This document shows, one piece after another, positions 18,604 through 28,129 of a DNA stretch of 64,000 bases (positions are counted from its first letter, which is position 1; each line of letters begins with the position of its first letter). The position numbers and the translations under genes were made by a program. Below the pieces are notes generated by a model. That model did not search any database. It was not told the origin of the DNA and worked only from the letters and a program-made list of their open reading frames with translations. Source of the stretch: Planctomycetota bacterium (GTDB lineage Bacteria > Planctomycetota > B15-G4 > SIAN01); NCBI GenBank assembly GCA_031409275.1, contig JANNXA010000007.1, positions 68,770-132,769 of the forward strand, in the 5' to 3' direction.

Positions 18604-21483
18604 ATGCCGACACTCGCGATTGCATCCGTCTATTTCGGCGTCGTCGCCATGCATGCGCAGGAGGCCCCTCGTCGCATCCGCCTCTTCGATCGCCTGATCG
18701 ACGAGTCGCCCGCGATCGCGCCCGCCGCGGAGCCCTCCACCGCGACCTCGCTGGCACTCGGCTTCGAGCCCGACTTCGCGCGACCCGCGTGGCTCGCGCG
18801 TCGGATCGGCCGCGACGCCCGCTTCGAGGCCGGCGCCTGGTCGCTCGCGACGCTGACCGCGGAGAGCGGCGTCACCGGCGGCGCGCTGCGCCTCGGGCCG
18901 AACCTGCAAGAGGACGGCAGCTTCCTCTCGTTCCTCCTCGATGCGAAGCCGCTGACCCGCTACGTGCTGCGCGGCCGCGTCCGGCTCGTCGGCCATCCAG
19001 CCCCGGACGAGGCGAGCTCGCGCGAGGTCGCCCGCCTGCTCGAGCATCTCGGCACGTTCGCCGACCCGAGCCGCTTCGCCCGTTTCGCGCCGACGCTGAT
19101 CGAGACCCATCGCGCGACCCGGCAGCGCGACCCGGGCGACTGGGATCGCTTCGAGATCGAGATCCCGTTGACCAACGCGAGCACCGGCAAGCTCGAGATC
19201 CGGCTGCTCCATCGCAGCGGCGGCAGCACCGAGGCGTCCACGTGGTTCGATGACCTGGTCCTGAGCGAGCAGCCGCTGGCGGACGCCGATGTGCTGGCGG
19301 ACATGGTCGCCGGACTGCGCGCCACCGATCGCGACGCCGCCAGCACGCCGTGGCGGTTGCGCGTCACGCTGCCCGACGATGGCGGCGTGAAGGAGACGAC
19401 GCGCGATGCGGCGCTCCTGCTGCCGGGTCGGCGACTCGAGTTCGAGCTGGCGCTGCCGGAGGTCGCCGCAGCGCCGCAGTTGCGATTCAGCTACGCGATG
19501 TTGCCGGGGTGCTTCGCGATTCCCGGCGACGGCGCGCGCATCGACGCGCTCTTCACGCCAAGCGACGGGCCGGCGATCGCGCTCGGCTCGTTCCAGTTCG
19601 ACCCGAAGAACGATCCGACGGAGCGCTGCTGGTTGCACGCGCGCGTCGACCTGACGCCGATGGCGGGACGCCGCGGCAAGCTCGCCTTCGTCTGCAGCGA
19701 CGTCGGCGAACCCGATCGCCTCGACGCGGTCGTCGTGGCCAACCCGCGGATCGAACCGCGCGAGGAGGCGCCGGCCGGCATGAACGTGCTGGTCATCGCT
19801 TCGGACACGCTGCGCGCCGATCGTCTCTCCGCATTCGGCTACGACCGTCCGACCACGCCCAACCTCGAGGCGCTCGCCAGCCACGCGATCCTCTTCATGC
19901 AGGCGCGATCGCAAGCGCCGTGGACGCTGCCGAGCTTCAGCTCCATCCTCACGTCGCAGTACCCGTCCGAGCACGGCGCCGGCCGCGGCGGCCACGACGA
20001 ATGGACGCCGCTCGCGCCGGGCGTGACGACGCTGGCCGGCACGCTGGCGCGCGCGGGCTACGAGACGGTCGGCATCACCGCGAACCACCTCATCTCGCCC
20101 GACTACGGCCTCGACCAGGGTTTCGAGAGCTACGCGGTGCCGGGCGAAGTCGAGTGGCAGCGACTCGGTCTCGAGTCGGTCGAACTCGATGCGCCGCTGG
20201 TGGTGCAGTTCCTCGAACAGCACCGCACGACGCCCTTCTTCCTCTTCTGGCACTTGATGGACCCGCACCTGCCCTACACGACCGACGCGGCGCTGCGGCG
20301 GGAGTTCACCGCCGCCGACTACGACGGCCGCTTCAAGGGCCGCGATCGCGAGGTGCCGTTCGAAGTGCTCGATCCGCGGCCGGGGCGCCGCTGGTTCACC
20401 CACGAGGGGCCGCCCAAGCCGCCGCCGCTCACCGTCGCCGATCAGCAATTCGTCAGCGACTACTACGACGCCGAGGTCGCGCAGATCGATCGCGCGATCG
20501 GCACCGTGATCGACACGCTGAAGCGCGCCGGACTGTGGGAGCGCACGATCGTCGCGCTGGTGGCGGACCATGGCGAGGGGCTCGGCGACCACGGCCACTA
20601 CCACCACGGTTACACGCTCTTCGACGATCAGGTGCACATCCCGCTGTTGGTGCGCGTGCCCGGAATGCACGAAGGCAGCAGCCGCGAGGAGCCGGTGCAG
20701 TCGATCGATCTGGCGCCGACGCTGCTGGCCGCGGTGGGGCTGCCGCAGCCGGAGAGCTTCGCCGGCTGCGACCTGCTGGCGCAGCGCGGTCGCGGCGAGC
20801 GACCGGTCTTCCTCGAATACCCGAGCTACGACAGCTCGGCGGAGAAGGGGCTGCTGCAGGGTCGCTTCAAGTACCTGCACGACCCCTGGTTCCACACCGA
20901 GGCGCTCTACGACGTCGTCGCCGATCCCGGCGAGAAGCGCGACGTGAAGGCCGACCACCCCGACGTCGTCGCCCGCTCGCGCGAGCAGCTCGACGCCTTC
21001 CGCTGGGAGCACCTGCAGCGCGGCCGCTTCCATCTGCGCGTGCACGGAAAGCCCGGCGCGAAGCTGCGCGTGGCGCTCGCCACCGACGACCTCTTCGATG
21101 CCAACTTCGCCGCCCGCCCCGCACCTTCCGAACGCGACTTCACGCTCGACCTCGACCGTCGCCACCTCGTGCTCGAAACGACGCTGACGAGCGAGCGATT
21201 CGAGCTGGTCTGCTGGTGCCGCGGCAGCGAGCTGACCCTCGACGTGACGCTGGACGGCGCAGCGCTGGAGCACGGCGTGCGCCTCGGCTCGACGCTCGAG
21301 TCGCAGCCGTCGCCGCTGCGGCTCCCGCTCGCGGCGATTCCCGCGCTCGCGGGCGCGACGCTCGAACCGCCCAAGCGCGGCGAGGCGCTCTTCTGGCTCG
21401 AGCCGGGAGGCGGTAACGCGGCTCCGGTCGTGCCGTCACCCGCCGAGCTCGAATTGCTGCGCAAGCTCGGCTACGCGCACTGA
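18604..21483 (+). CDS. large exported sulfatase-like (alkaline phosphatase superfamily) protein
   Basis: NVLVIASDTLRADRL, TPNL, APWTLPS, HLMDPHLPY, YDAEV, ADHGEGLGDHG, EALYD...DPGE; about 390-aa N-terminal beta-rich region. Confidence 0.85.
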   Translation: MPTLAIASVYFGVVAMHAQEAPRRIRLFDRLIDESPAIAPAAEPSTATSLALGFEPDFARPAWLARRIGRDARFEAGAWSLATLTAESGVTGGALRLGPNLQEDGSFLSFLLDAKPLTRYVLRGRVRLVGHPAPDEASSREVARLLEHLGTFADPSRFARFAPTLIETHRATRQRDPGDWDRFEIEIPLTNASTGKLEIRLLHRSGGSTEASTWFDDLVLSEQPLADADVLADMVAGLRATDRDAASTPWRLRVTLPDDGGVKETTRDAALLLPGRRLEFELALPEVAAAPQLRFSYAMLPGCFAIPGDGARIDALFTPSDGPAIALGSFQFDPKNDPTERCWLHARVDLTPMAGRRGKLAFVCSDVGEPDRLDAVVVANPRIEPREEAPAGMNVLVIASDTLRADRLSAFGYDRPTTPNLEALASHAILFMQARSQAPWTLPSFSSILTSQYPSEHGAGRGGHDEWTPLAPGVTTLAGTLARAGYETVGITANHLISPDYGLDQGFESYAVPGEVEWQRLGLESVELDAPLVVQFLEQHRTTPFFLFWHLMDPHLPYTTDAALRREFTAADYDGRFKGRDREVPFEVLDPRPGRRWFTHEGPPKPPPLTVADQQFVSDYYDAEVAQIDRAIGTVIDTLKRAGLWERTIVALVADHGEGLGDHGHYHHGYTLFDDQVHIPLLVRVPGMHEGSSREEPVQSIDLAPTLLAAVGLPQPESFAGCDLLAQRGRGERPVFLEYPSYDSSAEKGLLQGRFKYLHDPWFHTEALYDVVADPGEKRDVKADHPDVVARSREQLDAFRWEHLQRGRFHLRVHGKPGAKLRVALATDDLFDANFAARPAPSERDFTLDLDRRHLVLETTLTSERFELVCWCRGSELTLDVTLDGAALEHGVRLGSTLESQPSPLRLPLAAIPALAGATLEPPKRGEALFWLEPGGGNAAPVVPSPAELELLRKLGYAH

Positions 21484-21504
21484 CCCGTTCCTGAGGAGCG
21501 TCCG

Positions 21505-22272
21505 TTGCCCCACCTGCTGATCTGCGCGACGCAACGAAGCGGCAGCACGCTCGTCGCCGAGCTGCTGGCGCAGACGGGAGTGGCCGGCTTCCCCGACGAG
21601 TTCCTGCTGCTGTGGCTGCGCGATCGGCAGCGCACGGAAGCGGCGTTCTGGCTCGAGACGATCCAGCGCACCGTCGACGCCGGCATGACGAAGAACGGCG
21701 TCTTCAGCTGCAAGGTGATGGCGAACTACTTCGTCGAGGCGATGGACCTGCTGCGCGCGATCCCCGGTGGCGAGGGACTCGACGCCTGGCAGATCGCGAC
21801 GCGGGCGTTCGTCGGGCCGCAGGTGATCCGGGTGCGCCGCCGCGAGCGGCTGCGGCAGGCGATCTCGATCTACATCGCCGAATCGACGGGCATCTACCAC
21901 ATGGCTCGACGCAGCGGGGCGAGCGACCCGTTCCTGCGCGGCGCGCTGGCGCCGCCGCGAGCCGACCACGGTGGCGACGTCGCCTTCGACTTCGAGCGCA
22001 TCCGTTCGCATCTCGCCGGGATCGAGACCGGCGAGCGCTATTGGGACGAGACCTTCGCGCGCCACCACGTGCGCCCCTTCGAAGTGATCTACGAAGAGTT
22101 CGTCCGCGATCGCCGCGCGCAGGTGCTGGCGATGCTCGACTTCATGCGCGTCACCTACGACCCGGCGCGGATCACCCTCGACGAGCACCTCGACCGCCTC
22201 TCGAACGCCACCAACGAGCGCTTCCTCGACCTCTATCGCGAGGAAGAGGCGCGGCGATCACCACACCTGTAG
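21505..22272 (+). CDS. Stf0 family sulfotransferase
   Basis: ICATQRSGSTL PAPS loop, TKNGVFSCKVM, RQAIS, YEEF; GAGGAG RBS before TTG. Confidence 0.88.
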   Translation: MPHLLICATQRSGSTLVAELLAQTGVAGFPDEFLLLWLRDRQRTEAAFWLETIQRTVDAGMTKNGVFSCKVMANYFVEAMDLLRAIPGGEGLDAWQIATRAFVGPQVIRVRRRERLRQAISIYIAESTGIYHMARRSGASDPFLRGALAPPRADHGGDVAFDFERIRSHLAGIETGERYWDETFARHHVRPFEVIYEEFVRDRRAQVLAMLDFMRVTYDPARITLDEHLDRLSNATNERFLDLYREEEARRSPHL

Positions 22273-22444
22273 CGGCGCGCCCCTCGTCGCCGCCGGGTCC
22301 GCCCCCCTCGTCGACCAGGGCGCAGCCGACGAAGGTGACGTCGGCTCGAAGACGCTAGGTAATCTCCCTCGCTCGAATTTCGCGCGGCGGCGACCTCGAA
22401 CGGCCGTCCCGAGCCTCCCCCTCGTCTGCTCAAAGGATCTGACC

Positions 22445-22894
22445 ATGAAGCACCTGAACTTCGGCGCGCTCGCGCTGGCCACGCTGCTGTCGGCGAACGC
22501 CTGCTCGAAGGAAGGCACCGAAGGCGGCGGCGGCGGCAGCTTCGTCTCGGCGGCGAAGGGCGCTCTCGACGACGCGTCGAAGAAGCTCGCCACGCTCGAC
22601 CTTGGCAGTCTCAAGCCGGCGGAGCTGATCGAGAAGGCCAAGTCGATGACTGGCGACCTGTCGACGCAACTCGCCGGCATCAAGGACTCGGCGACCGCGA
22701 AAGAGATCGTCGCCAAGGTGTCGCCGCTGCTCGACCAGCTGATCGGCGCGAAGAACACGCTGATGGCGCAGCACTTCGACATGAGCGGCCTGAAGGCGGC
22801 GGGCGAGCAGCTGCTCGCCAAGTTCAAGGGCGACGCTGGCGTGATGGGAATCGTGCAGCCGCTGCTCGACAAGATCACGGCCCTGACCGGCTGA
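22445..22894 (+). CDS. hypothetical helical lipoprotein
   Basis: AAGGA RBS, signal peptide ending SANA-C, Lys/Ala-rich helical body. Confidence 0.75.
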   Translation: MKHLNFGALALATLLSANACSKEGTEGGGGGSFVSAAKGALDDASKKLATLDLGSLKPAELIEKAKSMTGDLSTQLAGIKDSATAKEIVAKVSPLLDQLIGAKNTLMAQHFDMSGLKAAGEQLLAKFKGDAGVMGIVQPLLDKITALTG

Positions 22895-22920
22895 GCGAGC
22901 CGCCGCGAACCGCACGAATG

Positions 22921-22964
22921 AAAAAGGGCCGGCCGCAGCGCCAGTGAAGGCGCCGCGGCCGGCC
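22921..22964 (-). terminator. intrinsic terminator, probably for the S8 protease gene
   Basis: 16-bp stem 22927-22942/22949-22964 with one G-U; A-run on the left reads as a U-tail on the minus strand. Confidence 0.7.
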
Positions 22965-22989
22965 TGCTCATTTCATCGAGCGGTCGCGG

Positions 22990-25900
22990 CTACTGCGCGC
23001 CGAGCGACAGCGTCCAGCTGTTCAACTTGCCGGTGTCGCTTGCGGCGAGGTCCCGCACTTTCAGCGTCCAGTTGCCGGCGATGCTCTTGCCGGTGAAGGC
23101 GGAGAGCGAGCCCGCGGGCGCCGTCAGGTCGGGGTACTCGGTCTGGATGTTGTCGGCCGCTCCGCCGGTGCGATTGTGCAGCAGCACCGTCGTCCCGTCG
23201 GGCGCGATCAACGACACCTCGAGGTCGCCCTTGTAGGTGTGGGTGATGTCGACCTTCACCTTCACGCTGGCCACGGTGCCCGTCTGGCTGAAGGTCATCG
23301 GGCTCGACACGCCCGTCGTGTTGTTGTCAGGAATCGACAGGTTGGGGGCCAGCGACTGCTCGCCGTTGAACGTGATCGTCCACGACACGAGCGTCCCGGT
23401 ATCCGTCGCCGCCAGGTCGCGCACCTTGAGGCTCCAGTTGCCCGAGGTGTTCTTGCCGTTGAACGCGGTCAGCGCGGCAAAGGGTGCCGTGGCCACCGCA
23501 AAGGTCGTCTTGATGTGGTCGGTCGCGCCGCCGGTCCGGTTGTGCACGATCACCGTCGTCCCGTCCGGCCCGATCAGCGACACTTCGAGGTCGCCCTTGT
23601 AGGTGTGCGTGATGTCGGTGGTCAGCGCGATCGACGAGACCGTCAAGCTGTTGGAAACGTTGACCGTGCTGGTCACGCCGGTCGTGTTGTTGTCGGGGAT
23701 CGCCACGTTCGGCGCGGTGGTGAAGGTCTTCACCGGGTTGCCGCCGCCCGTTGCGTTGATGATCAGTTGCACGGTGGTCGAATGGACCAGGGCGCCGCTG
23801 GTGCCGGTGATCGTCACCGTGTGCGTGCCGGTGGTCGCCGTCGGCGTCGTCGTGACCGTCAACGTCGAGCTGCCGTTGGCGGCGATGGGATTCGGCGCGA
23901 AGGAGTAGGTCACTCCGCTGATGACCGGAGAAGCCGCCAGCGAAACGCTGCCAGCGAAGCCGTTGCTGGGCGTGCTGGTCGCCGTGTAGGTCGTCGACTG
24001 CCCCTGCGTGATCGTTCGCGAAGCGGGCGTCGCCGTCAGCGCGAAGTCCGGCGGCGGCGCACCCGCCGTCGCGTTGTAGACCACGAGCGCGAAGTCTTGG
24101 TCCGTGGTGTCGGCGTTGCCCGGCACGCCATCGCCCGCGATGTTGGTCGCGCGCACGGTGACCGAGATGGCGCCGGTGGTGCCGGCCGGCAGGAAGACGC
24201 TCTCGATGTTGTTGCGCAGGTCGGCGCTGCCGCCGGTGATCGACGTGCCCGCCGTGAAGACGTTGCCGCGATAGAGCGTTCCGTTGACCGTCACCTCGAG
24301 GTCGAGGTTGTTGACGTACGCGTTGCCGGTGGTCGGGCCTGGCGCATCGGTCCACGCCAGCGACACGCGCAGCGGCTGCGCGGAGTTGGCGACGTTGCCG
24401 GTCGTGGTGTAGGTGGCGCCGGTCGCGCCGAGCACCTGCGTCTCGTCGACCGTGATGCGCGACGTGGTGTCGAACGTGCGACCGAGGTCGACGCGGCCGT
24501 AGCCCTGATTGTTGGAAGGCAGGGTGTCGTTCGCGCCGACGCCCGTCATGTAGGCGGTGGTCGAAGTGAGGCACGCCTTCAGCATCGCCGGGCTCGGCGC
24601 CGGCAGCCCGTTGTTGAGGAACCACTGGCGCAGCAACGCGCACGCGCCCGAAATGGCCGGCGTCGAGTGGCTGGTGCCGGATGACCACGCATAGAGCGTC
24701 TGTCCGGCCGGCCAGTACTGATTGCAGACGCCCGAGCCGTTGTAGCCCACGGCGCGGCTCGCGGCGCCCTGGATGTGGGTACCCGGCGCCATGATGTCAG
24801 GCTTCTTGCGCGAGTCGGAGGTCGGCCCGCGCGACGAGAAGCTGATGATGTCCTTCGCGTTGTCCGCGCCCGAGTTCGCGATCGCACAGCCATCGGTGCC
24901 GGTGAGGCGGTAGTTCTCCGAGGCGCCGATCGTGAAGACGTTCTTCGCGGTGCCGGGCGGATGGATGGTCGACGCGCCCGAGCCGTCGTTGCCGGCCGCG
25001 AAGACGATCGCCATCGACTGGTTGCCGGCCGTGCCGCTCACCGAGTCGCGCACCGCCGCGTCATGCGCCTGGCTGTCGCTGTTGTAGGTGGTGCCGCTGG
25101 TGTAGCCCCACGAGTTGGACGAGATGCGCGCGCCGGCGTTCCACGCGTTGGCCATGCGGGTCGGCGTCGATTGATTGAAGACGCCCGCGCCCGCGTTGGA
25201 GAAGACCTTGGAGTTGCCGATCTTGACCCACGGCGCGACGCCGAGTCCGTAGTTGAAGCCGCTCGCATCTTCGGCGGAGCTGCCAGTGAGATCGTTGTAG
25301 CCGCCAATGATCGAGGCGTTGATGTTGCCGTGGCCAGCCTGGCTGTCGCCGAGCGGGTCGCCCGAGTAGTTGTTGGTGAAGACGAAACGGCTCGCGCCGG
25401 TCGACACGCCATCGACGCGGTACTCGACGTTGATGTCGGTCAGACTGCCCTTGTCGACACCGTCATCCACGACGTCGACCGAGAAGCTGAACGGGTTGGC
25501 ACCGGCACCCGGAAAGCCGAGTCCCTGCAGCCAGCTCAGGTAACCCGGTCCGGTCGGCTGCGTGCCCGCCGCGTTCAGGTTGCCCGCCATGATCTGGCCC
25601 TGCGCCTCGTCCAACAACATCGCATCGAGCTTCGGCTCGACCGCGAAGACGTGACTGTCGCGCGCCAGCGCCAGTGCCATCGCACCGCTGGTGTAGAGCT
25701 CGACGTTGATGTAGTCGAGCACGCGCCACGGATCGCACAGCGACTGCTCGCGCGCGATGAGGCGATCCACAAACTCCTGCCCCTTCGCATCGGCGATCAC
25801 CTGCACGATGATCCGCTGCAGCGCGTTCTCGAGCAGGAACGGCGGCCGCAACTCGGGGCGCAGCTTGAATGCCGGCTCGTAGGTGGAAATCGACAGCAGC

Positions 25901-26553
25901 CAGTCGTTCACGCGCAGCTTGCCGAGCGCCCCGTCGGAGAGCGGGTCGGTCACGACCACGTAGGCGTTGCTCGGCAGGTAGGAGACGAGGAAGGCACCGG
26001 TCGCGCGCAGCTGGTCGAGCCACGCATCCTTGACCGGGCCGTCGAACTGGACGATGCGCAGCCGGCGCTCGCCATCCGCGGGCGGCTCGACCGGGCCGCG
26101 CAGATCGGCGGGGATCGAGGCGAGGCGCGAGCGGGTGCCGGGGCGATCGGCGCCGTCCAGCACGAAGCCGTTGATCGGCACCAGCGTCTGCTCATCGGCG
26201 AGCTGAGCCCCCGCTGCAAGCCACTGAGCGAGGCTCAGGTCGAGCGAAGTGTCGACGAGCGCGTAGACGAAGGAGCCGTAGTCCTCGGCGCGCTCGACCG
26301 CGACGCTGGTCGCGAGTTGCTCGTGGGCGGAAGTGCCAAGCGGCGCCAACAAGCGATGGTGGTCGCCCTTCGCGACGAAACCGTCGGGGAGCGCCCCGCC
26401 GGTGGTCGCCTGGGCACCGAGCCCGTCCTGAGTCGACCCGAGGGCGACTCCTTGCGGCGGCGCAGTCGCGACCGCGGGTCTGGAACCAATCAACGGCGCG
26501 GCGCCCAACGCCAACAGTGCCGGAATGACCAACATTCGCGAATCGCGACGCAT
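22990..26553 (-). CDS. exported S8 subtilase with propeptide, Ig-like domain and two proprotein-convertase P-domains
   Basis: VVDDG, GHG and SGTSHSTP triad; FAAGNDG; FSSRGPT..KPDIMAPG; two IPDNNTTGV...ITHTYKGDLEVSL...GNW.LKV repeats. Confidence 0.92.
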   Translation of the reverse strand: MRRDSRMLVIPALLALGAAPLIGSRPAVATAPPQGVALGSTQDGLGAQATTGGALPDGFVAKGDHHRLLAPLGTSAHEQLATSVAVERAEDYGSFVYALVDTSLDLSLAQWLAAGAQLADEQTLVPINGFVLDGADRPGTRSRLASIPADLRGPVEPPADGERRLRIVQFDGPVKDAWLDQLRATGAFLVSYLPSNAYVVVTDPLSDGALGKLRVNDWLLSISTYEPAFKLRPELRPPFLLENALQRIIVQVIADAKGQEFVDRLIAREQSLCDPWRVLDYINVELYTSGAMALALARDSHVFAVEPKLDAMLLDEAQGQIMAGNLNAAGTQPTGPGYLSWLQGLGFPGAGANPFSFSVDVVDDGVDKGSLTDINVEYRVDGVSTGASRFVFTNNYSGDPLGDSQAGHGNINASIIGGYNDLTGSSAEDASGFNYGLGVAPWVKIGNSKVFSNAGAGVFNQSTPTRMANAWNAGARISSNSWGYTSGTTYNSDSQAHDAAVRDSVSGTAGNQSMAIVFAAGNDGSGASTIHPPGTAKNVFTIGASENYRLTGTDGCAIANSGADNAKDIISFSSRGPTSDSRKKPDIMAPGTHIQGAASRAVGYNGSGVCNQYWPAGQTLYAWSSGTSHSTPAISGACALLRQWFLNNGLPAPSPAMLKACLTSTTAYMTGVGANDTLPSNNQGYGRVDLGRTFDTTSRITVDETQVLGATGATYTTTGNVANSAQPLRVSLAWTDAPGPTTGNAYVNNLDLEVTVNGTLYRGNVFTAGTSITGGSADLRNNIESVFLPAGTTGAISVTVRATNIAGDGVPGNADTTDQDFALVVYNATAGAPPPDFALTATPASRTITQGQSTTYTATSTPSNGFAGSVSLAASPVISGVTYSFAPNPIAANGSSTLTVTTTPTATTGTHTVTITGTSGALVHSTTVQLIINATGGGNPVKTFTTAPNVAIPDNNTTGVTSTVNVSNSLTVSSIALTTDITHTYKGDLEVSLIGPDGTTVIVHNRTGGATDHIKTTFAVATAPFAALTAFNGKNTSGNWSLKVRDLAATDTGTLVSWTITFNGEQSLAPNLSIPDNNTTGVSSPMTFSQTGTVASVKVKVDITHTYKGDLEVSLIAPDGTTVLLHNRTGGAADNIQTEYPDLTAPAGSLSAFTGKSIAGNWTLKVRDLAASDTGKLNSWTLSLGAQ

Positions 26554-26782
26554 CTCTTCCTCCCGAGTGGGCGTCCGTTGACGCAGCGACTACCGATCCG
26601 CCTTCCCAAGCGGATTGTCTGGACCGACCGAACGCTAGCCCGACCGCACTGCAGCCGACACCTTGCGAGTGATCGCCTCGGGTTCCATCGCCGTGGCAAA
26701 GCGCGGCCGATTTCGCGGTCGCTCGAATTCAATGTCCAAGCAGCGGTGGCGAACGAGTCGGCGGCGGGCGAACTTGCCTCGC

Positions 26783-27865
26783 ATGAGTCCCACCCCCGCC
26801 GCCGTCGTTGCCCCACCGCCCCTGCCACCACGCCCGGTGCTGCTGCGCGCGCTCGCCAAGCGCGATCGCAGCTTCGAGGGGCTCGTCTTCGTCGCCGTGC
26901 GCACCACCGGGATCTTCTGCCGACCGGGCTGCCCGGCTCGCACGTCGCGACCGGAGAACGTCGACTTCTTCGCCACCGCTCGCGAGGCGCTCTTCGCCGG
27001 TTTCCGGCCGTGCCTGCGCTGCCGGCCGCTCGCACCGCGCGACGCGCCGCCCGAATGGCTCGTCACGCTGCTCGCCGCCATCGAGTCCGAGCCGCAGCGG
27101 CGCTGGCGCGACGCCGACCTGCGCGCGCGTCAGCTCGACCCGACGCGGGTGCGCCGCTGGTTCGTGCGCCAGCACGGGATGACCTTCCAGGCCTACTCGC
27201 GCGCTCGCCGGTTGGGGACGGCGCTCTCCGAGCTGCGCCGCGGCCACAAGCTCGACGCCGTCGCGCTCGATCACGGCTTCGAATCGCACAGCGGCTTCCG
27301 CGACGCCTTCGCCCGCTGGTTCGGGGCGCCGCCCGGCCGCGCCCGCCGCGCCGACTGCATCACCTTCGCGTGGATCGAGAGCCCGCTCGGGCCGCTGATC
27401 GCCGCCGCGGTCGACGAAGGGCTCTGCCTGCTCGAATTCACCGATCGGCGCATGCTCGAAGCGCAGCTCAAGCGCCTGCGCCGCTGCTTCGATCGCCCCG
27501 CTCTCGAGGGGGACCACCCCCACCTCGCGCAGCTGCGCCGCGAACTCGCCGAGTACTTCGCCGGCACGCGTCAGCGTTTCGAAGTGCCGCTGCACGCCCC
27601 CGGCTCCGACTTCGAGCAGCGCGTCTGGCGCGAGCTGCAGCGGGTCCCGTGCGGCGAAACACGCAGCTACGTCGAACTCGCCCGCGCCATCGGCGCCCCG
27701 AAAGCGGCGCGCGCCGTCGGCCGCGCCAACGGCATGAACCGCCTCGCCATCGTGATCCCATGTCACCGCGTCATCCGCGACGACGGCAGCGTCGGCGGCT
27801 ACGGCGGCGGCAAGTGGCGCAAGGAGCGGTTGCTGCGATTGGAGCGCGGGAACGACCGCGTTTGA
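26783..27865 (+). CDS. ada: bifunctional Ada regulator / methylated-DNA-protein-cysteine methyltransferase
   Basis: AVRTTGIFCRPGC and FRPCLRCRP Zn site, AraC-type HTH, IPCHRV active site. Confidence 0.93.
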   Translation: MSPTPAAVVAPPPLPPRPVLLRALAKRDRSFEGLVFVAVRTTGIFCRPGCPARTSRPENVDFFATAREALFAGFRPCLRCRPLAPRDAPPEWLVTLLAAIESEPQRRWRDADLRARQLDPTRVRRWFVRQHGMTFQAYSRARRLGTALSELRRGHKLDAVALDHGFESHSGFRDAFARWFGAPPGRARRADCITFAWIESPLGPLIAAAVDEGLCLLEFTDRRMLEAQLKRLRRCFDRPALEGDHPHLAQLRRELAEYFAGTRQRFEVPLHAPGSDFEQRVWRELQRVPCGETRSYVELARAIGAPKAARAVGRANGMNRLAIVIPCHRVIRDDGSVGGYGGGKWRKERLLRLERGNDRV

Positions 27866-28129
27866 CGCAAGGGGCGCGGCGCACGCCCAGGCTCGGTGCG
27901 CCTCGTTACGCACTGCCCGCGGACGACGTGACTTTTCTTCGTCGGCGACCGCTGCGGCGATCGCGACGTTGACCGCTCGCAATCAATCGCTGACGGCCGT
28001 CGCGCCCACCGCCATGGTCGCCTTCCCGCCTGAAGGAAGGCGGACGTTCAACGACGAACGTGATTTCAAGGCGCTCTTCGTCGCGAAAAAGAAGGGGTGA
28101 CGACGGCGAGCGAGCGGGAGGCTCCGCGC

